Shown here: positions 47,974 through 57,743 of the stretch, piece by piece
How positions within the stretch are numbered: position 1 is the stretch's first letter
Layout of the letters: each line of letters opens with the position of its first letter
Assembly (NCBI GenBank): GCA_014729995.1
Contig: WJIZ01000041.1
Location: 10,584-74,583, forward strand
From: Candidatus Woesearchaeota archaeon
Lineage (GTDB): Archaea; Nanobdellota; Nanobdellia; Woesearchaeales; WJIZ01
Reading direction: 5' to 3'
Length of the DNA: 64,000 bases
Program-made: the position numbers and the translations under genes
Notes under the pieces: model-generated
What the model was told of the DNA's origin: nothing
The model's database searches: none
What the model saw: only the letters and a program-made list of their open reading frames with translations

Positions 47974-48537
47974 ATGGTAAGCATAAACGACAAAGCGCCG
48001 GATTTTACAGAAGACGCGTTTGCTGGCGGGAAAATAAAAAAGGTAAGTTTATCGGACTATAGCGGGGAGTGGGTGATACTATTTTTTTATCCTGCTGATT
48101 TTACATTTGTCTGCCCGACAGAGCTGGGCGAACTGGCAGCCAGCTATGAAAAATTTAAGAAGCTCGGTGCTGAAATAATAAGCGTATCGACAGATACAGC
48201 ATTTGTACACAAGGCATGGCACGATAATTCCGATACCATAAGGAAGATTAAGTTTCCCATGCTTGCGGATCCTGCAAGAAGGGTCTGCAGCTCATATCAC
48301 ACCCTGATTCAGGATGAGGGATTATCGTTAAGGGCAACCTTCTTCATAAATCCTAATGGCAATATTAAGGCTTTCGAGTTCCACGATAACAATATAGGCA
48401 GGAGCATAGGAGAAACATTAAGAAAGCTTGAGGCAGCTAAATTCACTGAGGAAAATAAGGGGCAGGTGTGCCCCATGAACTGGAAGCCGGGCGCGGAAAC
48501 TCTTAAACCAGGCCTGGATTTAGTGGGAAAGATATGA
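47974..48537 (+). CDS. ahpC: Peroxiredoxin (AhpC/Prx1)
   Basis: FYPADFTFVCPTE and VCPMNW motifs. Confidence 0.95.
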   Translation: MVSINDKAPDFTEDAFAGGKIKKVSLSDYSGEWVILFFYPADFTFVCPTELGELAASYEKFKKLGAEIISVSTDTAFVHKAWHDNSDTIRKIKFPMLADPARRVCSSYHTLIQDEGLSLRATFFINPNGNIKAFEFHDNNIGRSIGETLRKLEAAKFTEENKGQVCPMNWKPGAETLKPGLDLVGKI

Positions 48538-48558
48538 AAGATATAAAATCAGGAGGCA

Positions 48559-49086
48559 ATGAAAATGGTAATGAACGAGAAAGTCGAAAAGCTGATGAAC
48601 GAGCAGATTAATGCAGAACTGTATTCTGCATACCTTTACCAGTCAATGGCCGCATATTTCGAATCGGTCAATTTAACAGGGTTTGCCAGATGGATGGAAG
48701 TGCAGGCATTGGAAGAGATGACCCATGCACAGAAATTCTACAGGCATATTAACGAAAGGGCAGGCAGGGTCTTGCTTAAGGCAATGGAAGCTCCCCCTGT
48801 AGGATGGAACTCTCCTTTGCACATTTTTGAGGAATCCTACAAACATGAGCAGAAAGTCACAGCTTTGATAAATAATATCGTAAAAGTCTCAAATGAAGAA
48901 AAAGACTACGCTTCTCAAAGCCTGCTTCAGTGGTTCGTGGATGAGCAGGTGGAAGAAGAAGACAGCACAGACCAGATTGTCCAAAAGCTGAGGATGATCA
49001 AAGATAACCCGGGCGCTTTATACATGCTGGATAAGGAGCTTGGAGCAAGAACCTTCACTCCCCCAAAAGAAAAATCAAAAGAGTAG
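48559..49086 (+). CDS. ftn: Ferritin
   Basis: QINAELYSAYLY, EEMTHA, HE and WFVDEQVEEE motifs. Confidence 0.95.
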   Translation: MKMVMNEKVEKLMNEQINAELYSAYLYQSMAAYFESVNLTGFARWMEVQALEEMTHAQKFYRHINERAGRVLLKAMEAPPVGWNSPLHIFEESYKHEQKVTALINNIVKVSNEEKDYASQSLLQWFVDEQVEEEDSTDQIVQKLRMIKDNPGALYMLDKELGARTFTPPKEKSKE

Positions 49087-49163
49087 CTTATTTCCGGCCG
49101 ATGCATTTCAATATCATTTTTTAAACCGATACATTAATAACTGAGGCTATCTTATTTCCCGCT

Positions 49164-49784
49164 ATGGAAAAAACAGTGATACCTGCTCTAATAGCCAAAA
49201 CACAGCGGGAGCTAAACCAAAGAATAAATGCTGTAAAAGATTTTGCAGGGTTGTTGCAGCTGGATTTTATGGACAGCAAGTTTGTTCCTAACTCAAGCCT
49301 CGACTTTGACCTGAATCTGCCTGAATTAAGGTATGAAGCTCACTTAATGGTTGAAGATCCAAAAAAGTATATAGACAAGTATCTAGATAAGATTGAGATA
49401 TTTTTAATCCATTTCGAATCTGTTTCAGCTCCGGGTGAAATGATTAATTATGTAAAAGGCAAAGGTAAAAAAGCAGGCCTTGTAATAAATCCAGAAACAA
49501 CCGTTGAAAAAATCCGGCCTTATCTGGATGAAATAGGCCAGGTTTTGGTCATGACAGTAAATCCCGGATTCTATGGAAGCAGGTTTCTTCCGGAAACTCT
49601 GGAAAAAGTAAAAGAACTTAGGAGGATGAAGCAGGGGATAAACATAGAAGTTGACGGCGGCATAACAGACAAGACAATAAAGCAGGCTGCCGATGCCGGC
49701 GCTAACTTGCTTGTTTCGGGCTCTTTTATATTCAGGGCGGGCAATCCGGGGAAAGCCTTTGAAAGGCTAAAAAGGTTAATATGA
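49164..49784 (+). CDS. rpe: Ribulose-phosphate 3-epimerase
   Basis: DFMD..FVPN, EAHLMV, MTVNPGF, EVDGG and VSGS motifs. Confidence 0.92.
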   Translation: MEKTVIPALIAKTQRELNQRINAVKDFAGLLQLDFMDSKFVPNSSLDFDLNLPELRYEAHLMVEDPKKYIDKYLDKIEIFLIHFESVSAPGEMINYVKGKGKKAGLVINPETTVEKIRPYLDEIGQVLVMTVNPGFYGSRFLPETLEKVKELRRMKQGINIEVDGGITDKTIKQAADAGANLLVSGSFIFRAGNPGKAFERLKRLI

Positions 49785-49797
49785 TAAGGCGATATAA

Positions 49798-50160
49798 TTG
49801 TTGAGGGAAATTCTTTTTGTATTAATTATTGGTGTATTTGTTGCGGGCTGTGCCCAACAATCGGGTGATACTTCTCTGCAGGAAGCGGAATCCTTGCCGG
49901 GATCAGAAACACAGGATGGAAATTCTTTAATAACAGCAGAAGAGTTCTCCGAACACGACAATGAAGGCGACTGCTGGATAGTCTATGAAGGCAAAGTATA
50001 TGATATATCAGGGTCAGCAGACCACCCAAACATGATGGAAACATTCTGGAAACATTGCGGCAAAACTTCAGGATTTGAGCAGGGAGCAAAAAGCAGGCAC
50101 AGTGGAAGCAGCCAATCCCGCCTGGAAAGGTTTGGAGATTATGTGGGGGATATTGAATGA
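49798..50160 (+). CDS. Exported cytochrome b5-like heme-binding domain protein
   Basis: Signal peptide ending VAGC; HDNEGDCWIVYEGKVYDI..HP. Confidence 0.8.
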   Translation: MLREILFVLIIGVFVAGCAQQSGDTSLQEAESLPGSETQDGNSLITAEEFSEHDNEGDCWIVYEGKVYDISGSADHPNMMETFWKHCGKTSGFEQGAKSRHSGSSQSRLERFGDYVGDIE

Positions 50161-50473
50161 GATTTAATCTTGTTTTAATTTCTTATACAAATTTTTATGT
50201 CTCACAAGAAATAGAGATAAATGTTTAGAGAAAATGATCAGCTTCTTAGTTTACCAATTATGCTTCAATAAAAAGCAAAACATATAGTATTGGTAACTGT
50301 TCTTCTATAGGCGTCTCTAAAAAAATTTCCTTTACATTATAACATAAAATAGATTTTAACTAATATTTAATAACAATTTAATTTATATATCTTAAACCTA
50401 CTTATTTTTTATAACAAAATTTCAAAACAAAGGTTTATATACAATGAAAACATACTGGAATTAAGGGTGAATT

Positions 50474-51505
50474 ATGGGGAGCAATGCCTTTAGAAAAATT
50501 TTTGTAATAGTAGCAATAGTAATTATAGGGATAATCCTTGTTATAGCATTCAGACCGGGAAGCAGCCCCTTAACTGCATCTGAAGATACAGATAGATATA
50601 AATCCAAATCTGGTAATTCCCAATCTGGTAAAATAAAAACAACACCAGAAGGAACAAAATACTTGGTTCATCCCGACAAGCTCATAGGGGGCGGCCCGCC
50701 AAAAAACGGCATACCAAGCATTGATAGCCCTGAATTTGTATCAGTACAGGAAGCAGATGAATGGCTTGCAGACGACGAGGAAGTCCTTGCGCTGGAATAT
50801 AAAGGGGAAAGGAGAGTCTATCCGCTGCAGATTATGGTCTGGCACGAAATCGTAAATGATAATGTACAAGGCAGCCCTGTTCTTATCACATACTGCCCAC
50901 TTTGCGCTACAGGAATTGCATTTGAAAGAACTATAGGCGGAGAAGAAGTAGAATTCGGAACTTCAGGAAAGCTATATAACTCAAATCTGGTCATGTACGA
51001 CCGAAAGACAGATTCTTATTGGACACAGATAGGCGGCAGGGCTATAGTGGGGGAATTAGCAGGAATGGAACTTGCCAATATTCCCATCAGCACAGTGAAA
51101 TGGGGCAATTGGAAACAATCACATCCGGATTCAAAAGTCCTTAGCAGGGACACAGGGCATATCAGAAACTACGGCGCAGATCCCTACGGGAATTACTACA
51201 ATACAGATGATGTATTGTTTCCCTTAGAGAACGAGGATGAGGATAATACCGCCCATCCAAAAGTCATTGTCTTTGGGATTGAGATAAACAACCAGTCCAA
51301 AGCCTATCCTGAAGCAGAGCTGAACAGGTTAAGGACAATAGAAGATATACTGGGAGGAGCCCCTATAACACTGAAAAAAGACAGCGACGGCATCATCTCA
51401 GCAAAAAACAGCAACACAGGCAAAAACATCCCTTTCGAAAGAAGTTTTTGGTTCGCATGGCATGCTTTCCATCCGGACACAGAGATTTACAGAGCGAAAT
51501 CGTAA
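50474..51505 (+). CDS. DUF3179 family membrane-anchored protein
   Basis: GGPPKNGIPSID, WHEIVND, TYCPLC, FGTSGKLYNSNLVMYDR and FWFAW..FHP motifs. Confidence 0.88.
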   Translation: MGSNAFRKIFVIVAIVIIGIILVIAFRPGSSPLTASEDTDRYKSKSGNSQSGKIKTTPEGTKYLVHPDKLIGGGPPKNGIPSIDSPEFVSVQEADEWLADDEEVLALEYKGERRVYPLQIMVWHEIVNDNVQGSPVLITYCPLCATGIAFERTIGGEEVEFGTSGKLYNSNLVMYDRKTDSYWTQIGGRAIVGELAGMELANIPISTVKWGNWKQSHPDSKVLSRDTGHIRNYGADPYGNYYNTDDVLFPLENEDEDNTAHPKVIVFGIEINNQSKAYPEAELNRLRTIEDILGGAPITLKKDSDGIISAKNSNTGKNIPFERSFWFAWHAFHPDTEIYRAKS

Positions 51506-51533
51506 TTCAGCATGCAATTTGGGGGTACTTAAC

Positions 51534-51600
51534 ATGTCAAAAAAAAATCTTAGTCTTATTTTACTCGACAGGGAGAGCACGTAGCAAGGCTGGCCGCTAA
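51534..51600 (+). pseudogene. Possible flavodoxin/WrbA N-terminal remnant
   Basis: After a GGGGGT SD, removing one A from the poly-A run gives MSKKILVLFYSTG; the frame then stops at 51600. Confidence 0.3.
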
Positions 51601-51623
51601 ATTAAAAAAAATGAGGTAACAAA

Positions 51624-52190
51624 ATGAAAAAAACAATAATATTCCTAATAACTATCTTAGTAATCATCAGCGCATGCACTACTCAAACACAACAGGAAAA
51701 TAACGGGGATAATGAGATGGTGGAAAATCAGGAAGACGAGATGAGTGGGCCGAGCGATGTGGATAAAGACATGAATAAACAAATGAATGAAGATAAAAAT
51801 TATCAGGATAACTCGCCAAACTACCATGGCAACATCTTAGCAGGCACAACCTCTCCTTATATAGAATTTAATAAAGCAGACTATGAAAAAGCAAAGCAGC
51901 AAAACAAGATAATAATGCTGTATTTCTACGCAACATGGTGCCCTATATGCGAAGAAGAGCAAGAGTATGTACATGCAGCTTTCAGTGAGCTTAGCCTGGA
52001 TAATGTTGTTGGCTTCAGGGTAAATTACAATGACGGCGAAACAGACGATATAGAAAGGGAACTAGCTAAAAAATACGGCATAGCATACCAGCACACAAAA
52101 GTCATCATAAAAGAAGGGGAGCAGGTTCTTAAAGCCCCTGACAGCTGGCAAAAAGAGCGTTATTTAGAGGAAATCAGGAGGGTGGAATAA
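51624..52190 (+). CDS. Exported thioredoxin-family protein
   Basis: Signal peptide ending ISAC; FYATWCPIC. Confidence 0.85.
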   Translation: MKKTIIFLITILVIISACTTQTQQENNGDNEMVENQEDEMSGPSDVDKDMNKQMNEDKNYQDNSPNYHGNILAGTTSPYIEFNKADYEKAKQQNKIIMLYFYATWCPICEEEQEYVHAAFSELSLDNVVGFRVNYNDGETDDIERELAKKYGIAYQHTKVIIKEGEQVLKAPDSWQKERYLEEIRRVE

Positions 52191-52191
52191 A

Positions 52192-53025
52192 ATGGCAGGC
52201 AGGTGGCAGATATTTACAAGCAGCATTTTTTTTGTTTTGGGTTTTTCAGTGATATTTTCATTATTGGGAGTCCTGCTCCAGACAGTGCTCTCTAACATCG
52301 GATATTCAGTCCAGATATGGCTGGGCAGGATAGGTGGGGCAATTATAATCTTATTTGGCCTCTATATCCTCGGCTTGTTAAGGCCTAAATTCCTGGAAAA
52401 AGAGCATAAATTCTCAGTAAAAAAGAAATTCAGGTCTCGCTACACAACAAGCTTTGTCTTTGGAGCAGCCTTTGCAGTAGGCTGGACCCCCTGCGTTACC
52501 GCTGCTTTGGGAGCTATTCTTGCATTGGCCACAACCAAGCCGTCCAGTGCATTCGTTTTGTTGATGACCTATACTCTTGGTCTGGGATTGCCTTTTTTAT
52601 TGGTAGGCCTGTTCACAGACCAGGCTCAAAAATTCGTAAACAGGAACAGCAGCTGGATTTCATGGGTTCAGAAAATATTCGGTGTTATCCTTGTAATAAT
52701 AGGCATCTTGATATTCACCAACCAATTGAGCAGGGTGGCTAACTTTGAGTTCGCTGTAAACGCATTAGCAAATCTTGATATAGCAAGCGTGGGCGGAGCA
52801 GATATAAGCGGCCTCAGCTTAGTAAGCTTTGGGGTGGCTTTCCTTGCAGGCCTCGTTTCTTTCTTAAGCCCGTGCGTCCTGCCTATAATACCCGGCTTCC
52901 TGTCTTACCTTGCAGCGTCAGGGTCAGGTGAAGATAAAAAAGAACACAATGGTGAAAACAAAAGGGGAAAATCAGGAGAAAAACAGGAAAACAAAGAAAG
53001 CGGAGAAGAACAAAAAGGAAAATGA
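52192..53025 (+). CDS. ccdA: CcdA/DsbD-type transmembrane electron transporter (circularly permuted)
   Basis: GWTPCV occurs before AGLVSFLSPCVLP. Confidence 0.85.
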   Translation: MAGRWQIFTSSIFFVLGFSVIFSLLGVLLQTVLSNIGYSVQIWLGRIGGAIIILFGLYILGLLRPKFLEKEHKFSVKKKFRSRYTTSFVFGAAFAVGWTPCVTAALGAILALATTKPSSAFVLLMTYTLGLGLPFLLVGLFTDQAQKFVNRNSSWISWVQKIFGVILVIIGILIFTNQLSRVANFEFAVNALANLDIASVGGADISGLSLVSFGVAFLAGLVSFLSPCVLPIIPGFLSYLAASGSGEDKKEHNGENKRGKSGEKQENKESGEEQKGK

Positions 53026-54173
53026 AAACCAGAAACATAGTCCTGATTGTTGCATTGATTGTCATAGCTGGAGTTATATTCTGGCTGGAGAGCCAGCAAA
53101 CAAGAATAACAGGGCCTTCTCCCGAATCAGACATAATCGCTGAGAATCTTACTAGGGAGCAGCAGAACAATGTATCGGGTCAGGAGCAAACAGCGCAATT
53201 CGACTATCCTACTCAACAGGATCTTCAAAGGATAGAGCAAAAATCACAAAAATATGACAGGGCAAAGGAGCTTGTTGATCCCGGAAAATTCATAAACACA
53301 GAGCCATTCAATATATCCTCCTTGATAGGAAAGCAAATTGTCTTAGTTGATTTCTGGACCTACAGCTGCATAAACTGCCAGAGAACTTTGCCTTACCTTA
53401 ATGCATGGCATGAAAAATACTCAGATAAGGGGCTTACCATAATAGGGGTCCACACCCCCGAGTTCAAGTTCGAGGAAAACTTTAACAATGTGAAAAACGC
53501 AGTAGAAAGGTTCAATATAGCTTATCCTGTAGTGCAGGACAACGAGTACAAGACCTGGCGCGCATACAACAACCGCTACTGGCCGAGAAAATACCTCATT
53601 GATGTCGACGGTTTCATAATATATGACCATATAGGTGAAGGCGCTTACGAAGAGACAGAGCTGAAGATACAGGAGCTTCTTAAGGAAAGAAAAGAGGTCC
53701 TTGGCATTGGTGAAGAAGTGCCTGAAGGAACAGCAGATGTAGACGCGGACGGCCCAAGTTTTGGCAGGATAAACTCGCCCGAGATATATTTCGGCTATAA
53801 AAGGGGCAAAGAGCAGATAGGAAACAGGCAGGGCTACCAGCCGGATGAAATCGTAAATTATGCCATAACACAGGCGCCAAAAGCAAACAAATTTTATCTG
53901 GAAGGGGAATGGAAAAACAACCCGGAGAATATGGAATTAGTCAGCGAAAAAGGCTCCTTGATCTTCAAATACAATGCAAAGAATGTCAACTTGGTTGCCG
54001 GCTCAGGTTCCCCTGCCGAACTGACAGTTGTCCTCGACGGAATTGAGAAAGAAACAATAACAGTGCAGGAAGAAACTCTCTACGAACTGATCGAAGGAGA
54101 TGATTATGGGGAGCACGTCTTAGGAATAAACTTTAACCAAGGCATAAAAATCTACACTTTTACTTTCGGCTAG
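53022..54173 (+). CDS. DipZ-like redoxin
   Basis: DFWTYSCINC, GVHTPEF, YWP, GEG.Y and SPEIYFG motifs. Confidence 0.88.
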   Translation: MKTRNIVLIVALIVIAGVIFWLESQQTRITGPSPESDIIAENLTREQQNNVSGQEQTAQFDYPTQQDLQRIEQKSQKYDRAKELVDPGKFINTEPFNISSLIGKQIVLVDFWTYSCINCQRTLPYLNAWHEKYSDKGLTIIGVHTPEFKFEENFNNVKNAVERFNIAYPVVQDNEYKTWRAYNNRYWPRKYLIDVDGFIIYDHIGEGAYEETELKIQELLKERKEVLGIGEEVPEGTADVDADGPSFGRINSPEIYFGYKRGKEQIGNRQGYQPDEIVNYAITQAPKANKFYLEGEWKNNPENMELVSEKGSLIFKYNAKNVNLVAGSGSPAELTVVLDGIEKETITVQEETLYELIEGDDYGEHVLGINFNQGIKIYTFTFG

Positions 54174-54192
54174 AGCAAAGGAGGCAATTAAA

Positions 54193-54585
54193 ATGGACAA
54201 GGTGCAGCACTTTGAAATTCCTGCAAAAGACATGAAAAGGGCTGAAAAGTTCTACAGAGATGTCTTTGGCTGGAAAATACAGGATGTATCGATAGGAGAC
54301 ATGAAATACAGCATGGCGCATACGGCAGAAACTGATAAGAAGGGAATGACAAAGGAAACAAACGTGATAAATGGCGCAATAATGGAAAAGGACAGTTCAA
54401 TAGCCGGCCCGGTTGTGGTCATAACTGTCGGCTCGATAAACAGGGCAGTTGAGAAGGTAAGGGATAAAGGGGGCTCTGTAGTAATCCCCAAGAACAAGGT
54501 CGAAAACATGGGGATGTATGCAAGAGTCAAAGACACTGAAGGAAACATAATCGGCCTCTGGGAAAATATAAGGAATGCAGGCTGA
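54193..54585 (+). CDS. VOC/glyoxalase family protein
   Basis: [18 protein letters not shown] and [10 protein letters not shown] motifs. Confidence 0.88.
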   Translation: MDKVQHFEIPAKDMKRAEKFYRDVFGWKIQDVSIGDMKYSMAHTAETDKKGMTKETNVINGAIMEKDSSIAGPVVVITVGSINRAVEKVRDKGGSVVIPKNKVENMGMYARVKDTEGNIIGLWENIRNAG

Positions 54586-54608
54586 TAGCAGCTATATCGG
54601 GATCTGCC

Positions 54609-55676
54609 ATGAAACGCCTTTTATTTGTTGTGAATACCCTGCTGCCTGCAGGGGTTAGGATTTTATTTATTTTAGTAATCATACTCTTATTGGCGGTTAG
54701 CTGCACTTACCAATCACAAGGCGAGGAAAAAATGGAAAAAACAGAAAAAACCCAAACAGCCACTTTTGCAGGAGGATGCTTCTGGTGCATAGAAGCTGCT
54801 TTTGAAGAAGTTTCAGGAGTCATAGAAGCAACATCAGGCTACACAGGAGGGCATGAGGAAGCTCTTGCATACGAGGAAGTGTCTAAGGGAACAACAGGCC
54901 ACTATGAGGCAGTCCAGGTTAGGTATGACTCTTCCAAGGTCAGCTATAAAGAACTTCTCGGAATATTCTGGAAGCAGATAAACCCGACAGATGCTGCAGG
55001 CCAGTTTGGGGACAGGGGCCAGCAGTACAGGACAGCAGTATTTTACCACAACCAAACACAAAAAAAGCTTGCTGAGAGCTCAAAAGAAGAAGTGCAGGCC
55101 AAATTCGATAGTCCGGTTGTAACTGAAATCTTGCCACTCAAAAAATTTTATCCCGCAGAAGAGCATCACCAGGACTATTACAAAAAGCACTCTATAAAGT
55201 ACAATCTCTACAAGAAGGCTTCAGGCCGCGAGCAATATATCCGGCAAACCTGGTCGGAAGATGATCCATTAGGCAAGCTTACTCCATTGCAGAGGAAAGT
55301 AACCCAGGAAGGCTCTACAGAGAAGCCTTTTAATAACGAATACTGGAACAACACAAAAGAAGGGATCTATGTTGATATAGTTTCCGGAGAGCCTTTATTC
55401 AGCTCTGGGGACAAGTTCAAGTCAGGCACAGGCTGGCCCAGCTTCACCAAGCCATTAGAGCCGGAAAACATCATAGAAAAACAGGACAACAGCCATTTCA
55501 TGCAGAGGACAGAAGTGAAAAGCAAAAATGCGGATTCACACCTTGGCCATGTTTTCAGCGACGGCCCTCAGCCAACGGGAAAAAGGTACTGCATAAACTC
55601 GGCAGCATTAAGGTTTATTCCCAGGGAAGACCTTGAAAAAGAAGGCTACGCAGAATACATCAGCCTGTTCGATTAA
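54609..55676 (+). CDS. msrAB: Methionine sulfoxide reductase MsrA/MsrB fusion with N-terminal signal
   Basis: [25 protein letters not shown] and RYCINS motifs. Confidence 0.95.
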   Translation: MKRLLFVVNTLLPAGVRILFILVIILLLAVSCTYQSQGEEKMEKTEKTQTATFAGGCFWCIEAAFEEVSGVIEATSGYTGGHEEALAYEEVSKGTTGHYEAVQVRYDSSKVSYKELLGIFWKQINPTDAAGQFGDRGQQYRTAVFYHNQTQKKLAESSKEEVQAKFDSPVVTEILPLKKFYPAEEHHQDYYKKHSIKYNLYKKASGREQYIRQTWSEDDPLGKLTPLQRKVTQEGSTEKPFNNEYWNNTKEGIYVDIVSGEPLFSSGDKFKSGTGWPSFTKPLEPENIIEKQDNSHFMQRTEVKSKNADSHLGHVFSDGPQPTGKRYCINSAALRFIPREDLEKEGYAEYISLFD

Positions 55677-55740
55677 TCGAAATCATTATAAACATCTAAA
55701 TCTTACCATGCATATAGTGTTCTTTGCCTGGGGTGTTGGA

Positions 55741-55857
55741 ATGAAAGTTAAGTATAAGAGATACAATCGGATATTAGCAGGAGATTTTTACGATTTTAAT
55801 ATCACGGATATAGAATTAGAATATACAAGAATCTTCTTAGGGGAAGCCAAAACGTAA
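55741..55857 (+). CDS. Possible 38-aa microprotein
   Basis: GGGGTG SD-like element; the stop abuts the next start. Confidence 0.3.
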   Translation: MKVKYKRYNRILAGDFYDFNITDIELEYTRIFLGEAKT

Positions 55858-55858
55858 A

Positions 55859-56578
55859 ATGGAAAAAACACTCGAGATTACTGGAATAAGAGACGAAACA
55901 CATGATGTAAAGACTTTCAGGCTGAAGTCGGATGAAAAGATTGGCTTTATTCCCGGACAGTATGCGTTATTTTCATTCGCTGATAAAGAAGATTTTGAAA
56001 ATGAGGCAAGGCCTTTTACTTTTGCCAATTCTCCCACAGTTAAAGATTATATAGAGATAACTGTGAAGAAGATGGGAAAATTCACATCTGCTCTGCACTC
56101 TTCCCGGAAAGGGGACAAGCTGAAGCTTAGCGGCCCGGGTGGAGAGAGCCTTAATTTTGACGAGAATATAAAGGATGATGTTGTCTTCATTGCCGGCGGC
56201 TCCGGAATCACTCCCTTTATGTCATCATTAAGGTATGCAGCCGCTAAGGGGCTCGCCAATAACTTCACTCTTTTGTTCAGCAACCGTGCAAAAGATGATA
56301 TAATATACCATAAAGAACTGGGTGAAATGAACGAGAGGGGCAATATGAAAGTCGTACACACCCTGACTAAGAAAGCTCCGAAAGATTGGAATGGTGAGCA
56401 GGGCAGGATAAATGCAGATATGATAAAGAAGCACGTCGATAGTCCAAAAGGCAGGCTCTGGTATATCTGTGCTCCCCCTCCAATGGTGCATGCCATGGAG
56501 AAGATACTGAAGGACATGGACATTCCGGAAGAAAAATTAAAATTTGAGGACTGGCAGATAAAAGGAAAGCATGACTGA
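55859..56578 (+). CDS. Ferredoxin-NAD(P) reductase-like FAD oxidoreductase
   Basis: PGQY, RPFT, GP.G, AGGSGITP and YICAPPPM motifs. Confidence 0.88.
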   Translation: MEKTLEITGIRDETHDVKTFRLKSDEKIGFIPGQYALFSFADKEDFENEARPFTFANSPTVKDYIEITVKKMGKFTSALHSSRKGDKLKLSGPGGESLNFDENIKDDVVFIAGGSGITPFMSSLRYAAAKGLANNFTLLFSNRAKDDIIYHKELGEMNERGNMKVVHTLTKKAPKDWNGEQGRINADMIKKHVDSPKGRLWYICAPPPMVHAMEKILKDMDIPEEKLKFEDWQIKGKHD

Positions 56579-56587
56579 GGTGAAAAA

Positions 56588-56953
56588 ATGCCTGAAGAAA
56601 ACTGGTTTACGCAGATAAATAAGCCGAAAGATATGGATGATTTGCAGGATATCGAAAAAAAGCATCTTCCTGTAATCGAGTGTCCTGACACAGTAAAGAA
56701 AGCAGAGCCTTTTGAAGTTGCCATTAACACAGGGAAATTGCTTAAGCACCCCAACGAAAATACGCATTACATCCAGTGGGCTGAGCTCTTTGCGGATGAT
56801 CTCTTCATAAGCAAGGTAGACTTCATTCCCGTAATAGGCCATCCAAAAGTAACCCTTACCATCAGCCTTGATAAGAGCCGCACGCTTAAGGCAAGGGAAA
56901 GGTGCAATCTGCACGGAATCTGGGAATATTCCAAAGACATTAAGGTGGAATAA
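56588..56953 (+). CDS. sor: Superoxide reductase (neelaredoxin type)
   Basis: EKKHLP, HPNENTHYI and CNLHG motifs. Confidence 0.92.
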   Translation: MPEENWFTQINKPKDMDDLQDIEKKHLPVIECPDTVKKAEPFEVAINTGKLLKHPNENTHYIQWAELFADDLFISKVDFIPVIGHPKVTLTISLDKSRTLKARERCNLHGIWEYSKDIKVE

Positions 56954-57199
56954 ATGGCGCTCGATCCCGGATTAGGAATAAAGCTGGTATATGTATTTGG
57001 CTGGACTAATATAATAACAGTCTTGCTGGTGCTTTTTTCCTGCAGGTGCACTCCCATAAGGCTGCCGGCAAAAATAAGGGAATCAGCATTCTACCGTTCA
57101 TTCTATAAGTACCACTGTTATTACTGGTGGATCTTTATAGCTTCTGTCATAGCACACGGAGCTGTAGCAGTGACAGTATTTGGCAATCCTTTCACATGA
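56954..57199 (+). CDS. Small membrane protein
   Basis: Two TM segments with SCRC and YKYHCYYW..H. Confidence 0.65.
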   Translation: MALDPGLGIKLVYVFGWTNIITVLLVLFSCRCTPIRLPAKIRESAFYRSFYKYHCYYWWIFIASVIAHGAVAVTVFGNPFT

Positions 57200-57312
57200 A
57201 AACGGAAGAACAGGTTCCCGGTGTTTGCGGCTCTAAGAGAAAAGAAAAAAATTTTTGTGAAGAGCCTGCAGCCAGCAGCGATAAGATGAAAAAATTCAGT
57301 TGTGAAAAATAA
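57196..57312 (+). CDS. Possible 38-aa Cys-containing microprotein
   Basis: ATGA overlap with the previous stop; MKTEEQVPGVCGSKRKEKNFC...SCEK. Confidence 0.35.
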   Translation: MKTEEQVPGVCGSKRKEKNFCEEPAASSDKMKKFSCEK

Positions 57313-57324
57313 GGAGGTATGCAA

Positions 57325-57468
57325 ATGGCAAAAAAATTCTGGAAATGCAAGGTTTGCAGTGACATTCATTACGGCGAAGCAGGGCCTGAAATATGCCCTA
57401 CATGCCAGACAAAAAATGCTTACGGGGAATTGAGCAGGGATGACGCTAAGCAGGCAATGGAGGTATAA
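57325..57468 (+). CDS. Rubredoxin-like protein, 47 aa (not in the ORF track)
   Basis: WKCKVCSDIHYG...PEICPTC; AAGGAGGT SD. Confidence 0.85.
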   Translation: MAKKFWKCKVCSDIHYGEAGPEICPTCQTKNAYGELSRDDAKQAMEV

Positions 57469-57470
57469 AA

Positions 57471-57701
57471 ATGGCAGAAGTAAAAATATATTCCACACCA
57501 ACCTGCCCATGGTGTAAAAAGACAAAAGATTTCCTGAAGCAGAAGGGCGTTGATTTTAAGGACATAGATGTCTCTTCAGACGAAAAATCCAGGAATGAGA
57601 TGATTGATAAGTCAGGACAGATGGGCGTTCCTGTCTTGGACATCGACGGCAAGGTAATTGTCGGGTTTGACCAGAAAGCCATAGAATCTGCTTTATCATA
57701 A
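57471..57701 (+). CDS. Glutaredoxin-like protein, paralog of 47594-47827
   Basis: YSTPTCPWC and SGQMGVPV motifs. Confidence 0.92.
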   Translation: MAEVKIYSTPTCPWCKKTKDFLKQKGVDFKDIDVSSDEKSRNEMIDKSGQMGVPVLDIDGKVIVGFDQKAIESALS

Positions 57702-57743
57702 GCTTTATATTATGAAGCAGTTTAGCTTAACATAGGTGATATT

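Noticed and set aside
50474..51505. Selenocysteine recoding in DUF3179 or other redox genes
   Set aside because: The redox motifs use ordinary Cys codons, and no in-frame TGA interrupts these ORFs.
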